Origin: Scyliorhinus canicula
Lineage: Eukaryota
Assembly (NCBI RefSeq): GCF_902713615.1
Contig: NC_052158.1
Location: 38,555,729 to 38,619,728, forward strand
Direction of reading: 5' to 3'
DNA: 64,000 bases
Shown: piece by piece, positions 60,660 through 64,000 of the stretch
How positions within the stretch are numbered: the first letter of the stretch is position 1
Layout of the letters: each line of letters begins with the position of its first letter
Made by a program: the position numbers and the translations under genes
Notes under the pieces: generated by a model
Seen by the model: only the letters and a program-made list of their open reading frames with translations
What the model was told of the DNA's origin: nothing
Databases searched by the model: none

Positions 60660-61190
60660 TTGGCTTGGATTGAATTGGATTGGATTTGTTTGTTGCCATG
60701 TGTACCGAGGTACAGTGAAAAGTATTTTTCTGCGAGCAGCTCAACAGACTAGTAAGTACATGGAAAGAAAAGGGAATAAAATAAATTACATAACAGGGCA
60801 ACACAAGGTTATCTGGCATCGGATAAAGCATACAGGGGTGTAGTGTTAATTAGGTCAGTCCATAAGAGGGTCGTTTCGGAGTCCAGTAACAGTGGGGAAG
60901 AAGCTGTTTTTGAGTCGGTTCGTGCGTATTCTCAGACTTCTGTATATCCTGCCCGATGGAAGAAGTTGGAAGAGTGAGTAAGCTGGCTGCCCACTTTCCC
61001 CAGGCAGCGGGAGGTGTAGATGGAGTCAATGGATGGGAGGTAGGTTTGTGTGATGGGCTGGGCAGTGTTCATGACTGGTTGCGGCAGTATGCGAATTGCA
61101 GTGGATAAAGGCATTCTGGGAGTATGGAGGTGATGCGCATCATGACCAACCTCTCGCAGCACTTCATAACGACTGAAGTCAGATCTACCA
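60660..61190 (-). mobile_element. Rex1-type LINE 3' end
   Basis: Reverse complement of the 7900-8518 region, including the 3' UTR and (CCAAT)n-like tail. Confidence 0.8.
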
Positions 61191-61371
61191 GACAGTAGGT
61201 TCAGGAAGGCCGAGGGCGGCAGTCGCTCAGTAGTATTGTCAGTGGATTAGTAATCCAGAGACTGAGAGCAGGATCTGGGAATCCAGGTTCAAATGATGCC
61301 ATGGGAGATGGTGAAATTTGAATTCTAAAAGTCGACCATGAAACTATTATCATTAAAACCTATCTGTAAGG

Positions 61372-61595
61372 TGAGCACGGTGGCGCAGTGGTTAGCACTG
61401 CTGCCTCACAGCGCCGAGGTCCCAGGTTCCATCCCGGCTCTAGGTTACTGTCCATGTGGAGTTTGCACATTCTCCCTGTGTTTGCATGGGTTTCACCTCC
61501 ACAACCCAAAGGTGTGCAGGCTAGGTGGATTGTCCACACTAAATTGCCCCTTAATTGGAAAAAATGAATTGGGTACTTTAAATTTAAAAAAAAAA
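61372..61595 (+). mobile_element. Poly(A)-type V-SINE
   Basis: Head through AAATTTAAAAAAAAA. Confidence 0.85.
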
Positions 61596-61601
61596 CTCTC
61601 T

Positions 61602-62994
61602 GCGCGGAATTCTCCGATCACCGACGGTGAAATCGCTTTTGGCGATTGGCCGGAGAATCAACTTTTCCGACAAAACCGGGGGCGGCAGCGCTTTCGCGAT
61701 GCTCCGCCCCCTCCAAAGCGGAGAACTCTGCGATTACGTCGCACACCATATGGACAGCCTCAGGACATTGCCTGAGGCCCGCTCCCTGATGTTCCGCCCC
61801 CGACCAGCAGGGCCGGCTCAAGGCACCGGCAACTCGGGCAGTCGCCCGGGGCGCCATGTGCTAGGGGGCGCCAGAGGCTCGGGTCCCGCGCATGCGCAGT
61901 TGGGCCGGTGCCAACCAGCGCATGCGCGGTGGCCGCACTCCCCCAGGGTGGCCGCACTCCCCCAGGGCGCCCCCACCCCCGGTCCGCCCCCCCGCTCGGT
62001 CCGCTCCCCCCCCCCCGCCTCGGGTCCGTCCCCCCCCCCGCCTCGGGTCCGTCCCCCCGCCCCCCGCCTCGGGTCCGCCCCCCCCGCGCCCCTCCCCCCC
62101 CCTCGGGTCCGCCCCCCCTCCCCCCCCTCAGGTCCGCCCCCCCTCCCCTCGGGTCCGCCCCCCCTCCCCTCGGGTCCCCCCTCCCCTCGGGTCCGCTCCC
62201 CCCTCGGGTCCGCTCCCCCCCTCCCCCCCTCGTTCCCCCCCCCCTCGCCCCCCTCCCTCTCGGGCCACCCCCCCCCTCTCGGGCCACCCCCCCCCCTCTC
62301 GGGCCACCCCCCCCCCTCTCGGGCCACCCCCCCCCCCTCTCGGGCCACCCCCCCCCTCTCGGGCCACCCCCCCCCCTCGGGCCACCCCCGGGTCCGACCC
62401 CCCCCCCCCTCGGGCCACCCCTCGGCCCCGCCCCCCACTCTCGGCCCCGCCCCCCTCTCTCGGACCCCCCCCCTCTCAGCCCCGCCCCCCTCCAAGGGCG
62501 CCGAAGTTCAGCTTGCCCGGGGTGCCAGCAACCCTAGGGCCGGCGCTGCCGACCAGCTGAGTTCCCGTGGGCATCAGTTGCGTGGGCTCGACGTGACAAC
62601 TGTAGACTCAGTCCAGCGCCGCCACAGTCGGGGGAGGGCCGGATCCGCAGGCAAGGGGACTCCCAGACTTTGGCAGGGGCTGGGGGCACTATGTTGGGGT
62701 GGTCCGGGGGTCACGAGCCGGCCAAAGGGGGGGTCACTATTTTGCAGACCAGGTCCGTGCGCGGTCGCCGCCATGTTGCACGGTACGGCCGCCACCGTGG
62801 GCATGCACGGCCACAGACCCAGCAATTCTCCGGGCCGTATGGGCAGTTAGAGCCGGTTGCTCTACACTGCCTGCCTACTAGCCCCCCCACCAAACAGAAG
62901 ATCGGTGGCAGTTTTGCGCCGAATTTTCATTCATAAAATGCTACCGTTCCCATGCCGGCATCAGGACATAGCCTGAAAACCGGAGAATCCAGCC
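61602..62994. mobile_element. GC-rich TIR element E with C-rich minisatellite (61960-62490)
   Basis: GCGCGGAATTCTCCG left end and CGGAGAATCCAGCC right end. Units C(n)TCGGGTCCG and C(n)TCTCGGGCCA. Confidence 0.7.
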
Positions 62995-63330
62995 ACTGGT
63001 TCATGAAGGTCCTTTAGGGAAGGAAACTTGCCGTGTGATTCCAGATCCACGGCAACGTGATTGACTCTCAAATGCCCTCTTGAAGGCAATTAGGGACAGG
63101 CTATAAATTCTGGCCAAGCCAGTGACACTCACGACTCATAAAGTAAATTTAAAAAAAACAAATCTTCTCATGGGCAATTAGGAAATTGTAGCAATCAATG
63201 CCCGACCTCCCTTGAAAAAATTAACATAAATTATGAGCTGCATGTTGAGACAGACATCTGAAATTAACTTCTCTCTGTTCATCTTTCTCTGTCTAAAATA
63301 TTAAACTTGATCTCATTTTTATTTCTCCAG

Positions 63331-63875
63331 CCCCAGCCCCGCTGACTCTGGACCCAAACACAGCGCATTGCAAGATCATCCTGTCTGAAGACCTGACCAG
63401 TGTGAGATGCAGTGACACAGAATTACTGCTTCCCGATAATGCAGAGAGATTCGATACAACTGTTGCTGTCCTGGGGTCACAGGGATTCATATCAGGGAAA
63501 CAGTATTGGGAGGTAGAGGTCGGGGACAAAACTAAGTGGGTTGTGGGTGTCACCAAAGAGTCAGTGAACAGGAAAGGAATGATAAAAATGAGTCCTATGC
63601 ATGGCTGTTGGACCGTATGGCATAGCAATGGGAACGATTATGGAGTTATGGAAAACCAATTGGTCCGATTGACCCTGAATCTAAACCCCAGGATCGTCGG
63701 AGTTTTCCTGGACTATGAGGGAGGACAGGTGACCTTTTACAATGCTGATGACATGTCCGTTCTCCACACTTTCACTGACACCTTCACTGAGAAACTCTTC
63801 CCTTTTTTCTATCCTGGATCATGCGATAAGGGTAAAAACGTTGCTCCTCTGAAACTACGTCATTTTGAAGTGTAG
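63331..63875 (+). CDS. TRIM exon 6: PRY-SPRY (B30.2) domain and stop
   Basis: atttctccag|CC CCA GCC. Phase-1 join gives APAPLTLDPNTAH..ERFD..VLGSQGF.SGKQYWEVEV..VGVFLDYEGGQVTFYNA..LFPFF..; TAG at 63873-63875. Confidence 0.95.
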
Positions 63876-63967
63876 ATTCCTAAATTATTGTGTCAAAATA
63901 TGGAGAGAATGCGCCCACTACTGAGTAAGTATTGCACACCCCGCACATTAATATATAACAGGAAACA

Positions 63968-64000
63968 GGGCAGCACGGTGGCCTAGTGGTTAGCACAACC
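63968..64000 (+). mobile_element. Head of a poly(A)-type V-SINE, cut by the window end
   Basis: GGGCAGCACGGTGGCCTAGTGGTTAGCACAACC, identical to the 16432 and 31459 heads. Confidence 0.75.

Larger units (their letters stand above)
61225..63150 (+). mobile_element. Deu-domain SINE split in two (61225-61368 and 62995-63150)
   Basis: AAAACCTATCTG|..|CTGGTTCATGAAGGTCCTTTAGGGAAGGAAAC rejoins the consensus. Confidence 0.6.

Noticed and set aside
61627-62850. 407-aa Pro-rich ORF
   Set aside because: Lies inside GC-rich element E and its minisatellite.

Overview
Vertebrate genomic DNA, not microbial. The SINE/LINE complement (HE1-like V-SINEs, Deu-domain SINEs, CR1, Rex1, Tx1/L1) points to an elasmobranch (shark); this is inferred from recalled repeat families, not from a search. 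The window holds one host gene, reconstructed by hand: an apparently intact class IV TRIM E3 ligase (RING, B-box2, coiled coil, PRY-SPRY). It lies on the + strand in 6 coding exons (28174-28581, 34387-34482, 34563-34796, 36330-36352, 36445-36590, 63331-63875; 1452 nt, 483 aa plus stop). All introns are GT-AG with consistent phases, and the last intron is 26.7 kb. ISRE/IRF and GAS-like motifs lie just upstream of the ATG. The remainder is densely nested mobile DNA: an integrase-less Ty3/Gypsy element with both LTRs and a self-priming-type PBS, two solo LTRs with TSDs, CR1/Rex1/L1/Tx1 LINE relics, several tRNA-derived SINE families with interchangeable tails, Penelope termini carrying minimal hammerhead ribozyme motifs, and GC-rich Harbinger-type TIR elements with internal minisatellite expansions (one carries palindromic cargo). 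There are also two 49-bp G-rich minisatellite arrays and a ~3.1-kb duplication across a 100-N gap that is probably an assembly artifact. Most ORFs in the supplied track are repeat-derived noise. Family names rest on motif recognition without database searches, and boundaries of degraded repeats are approximate.
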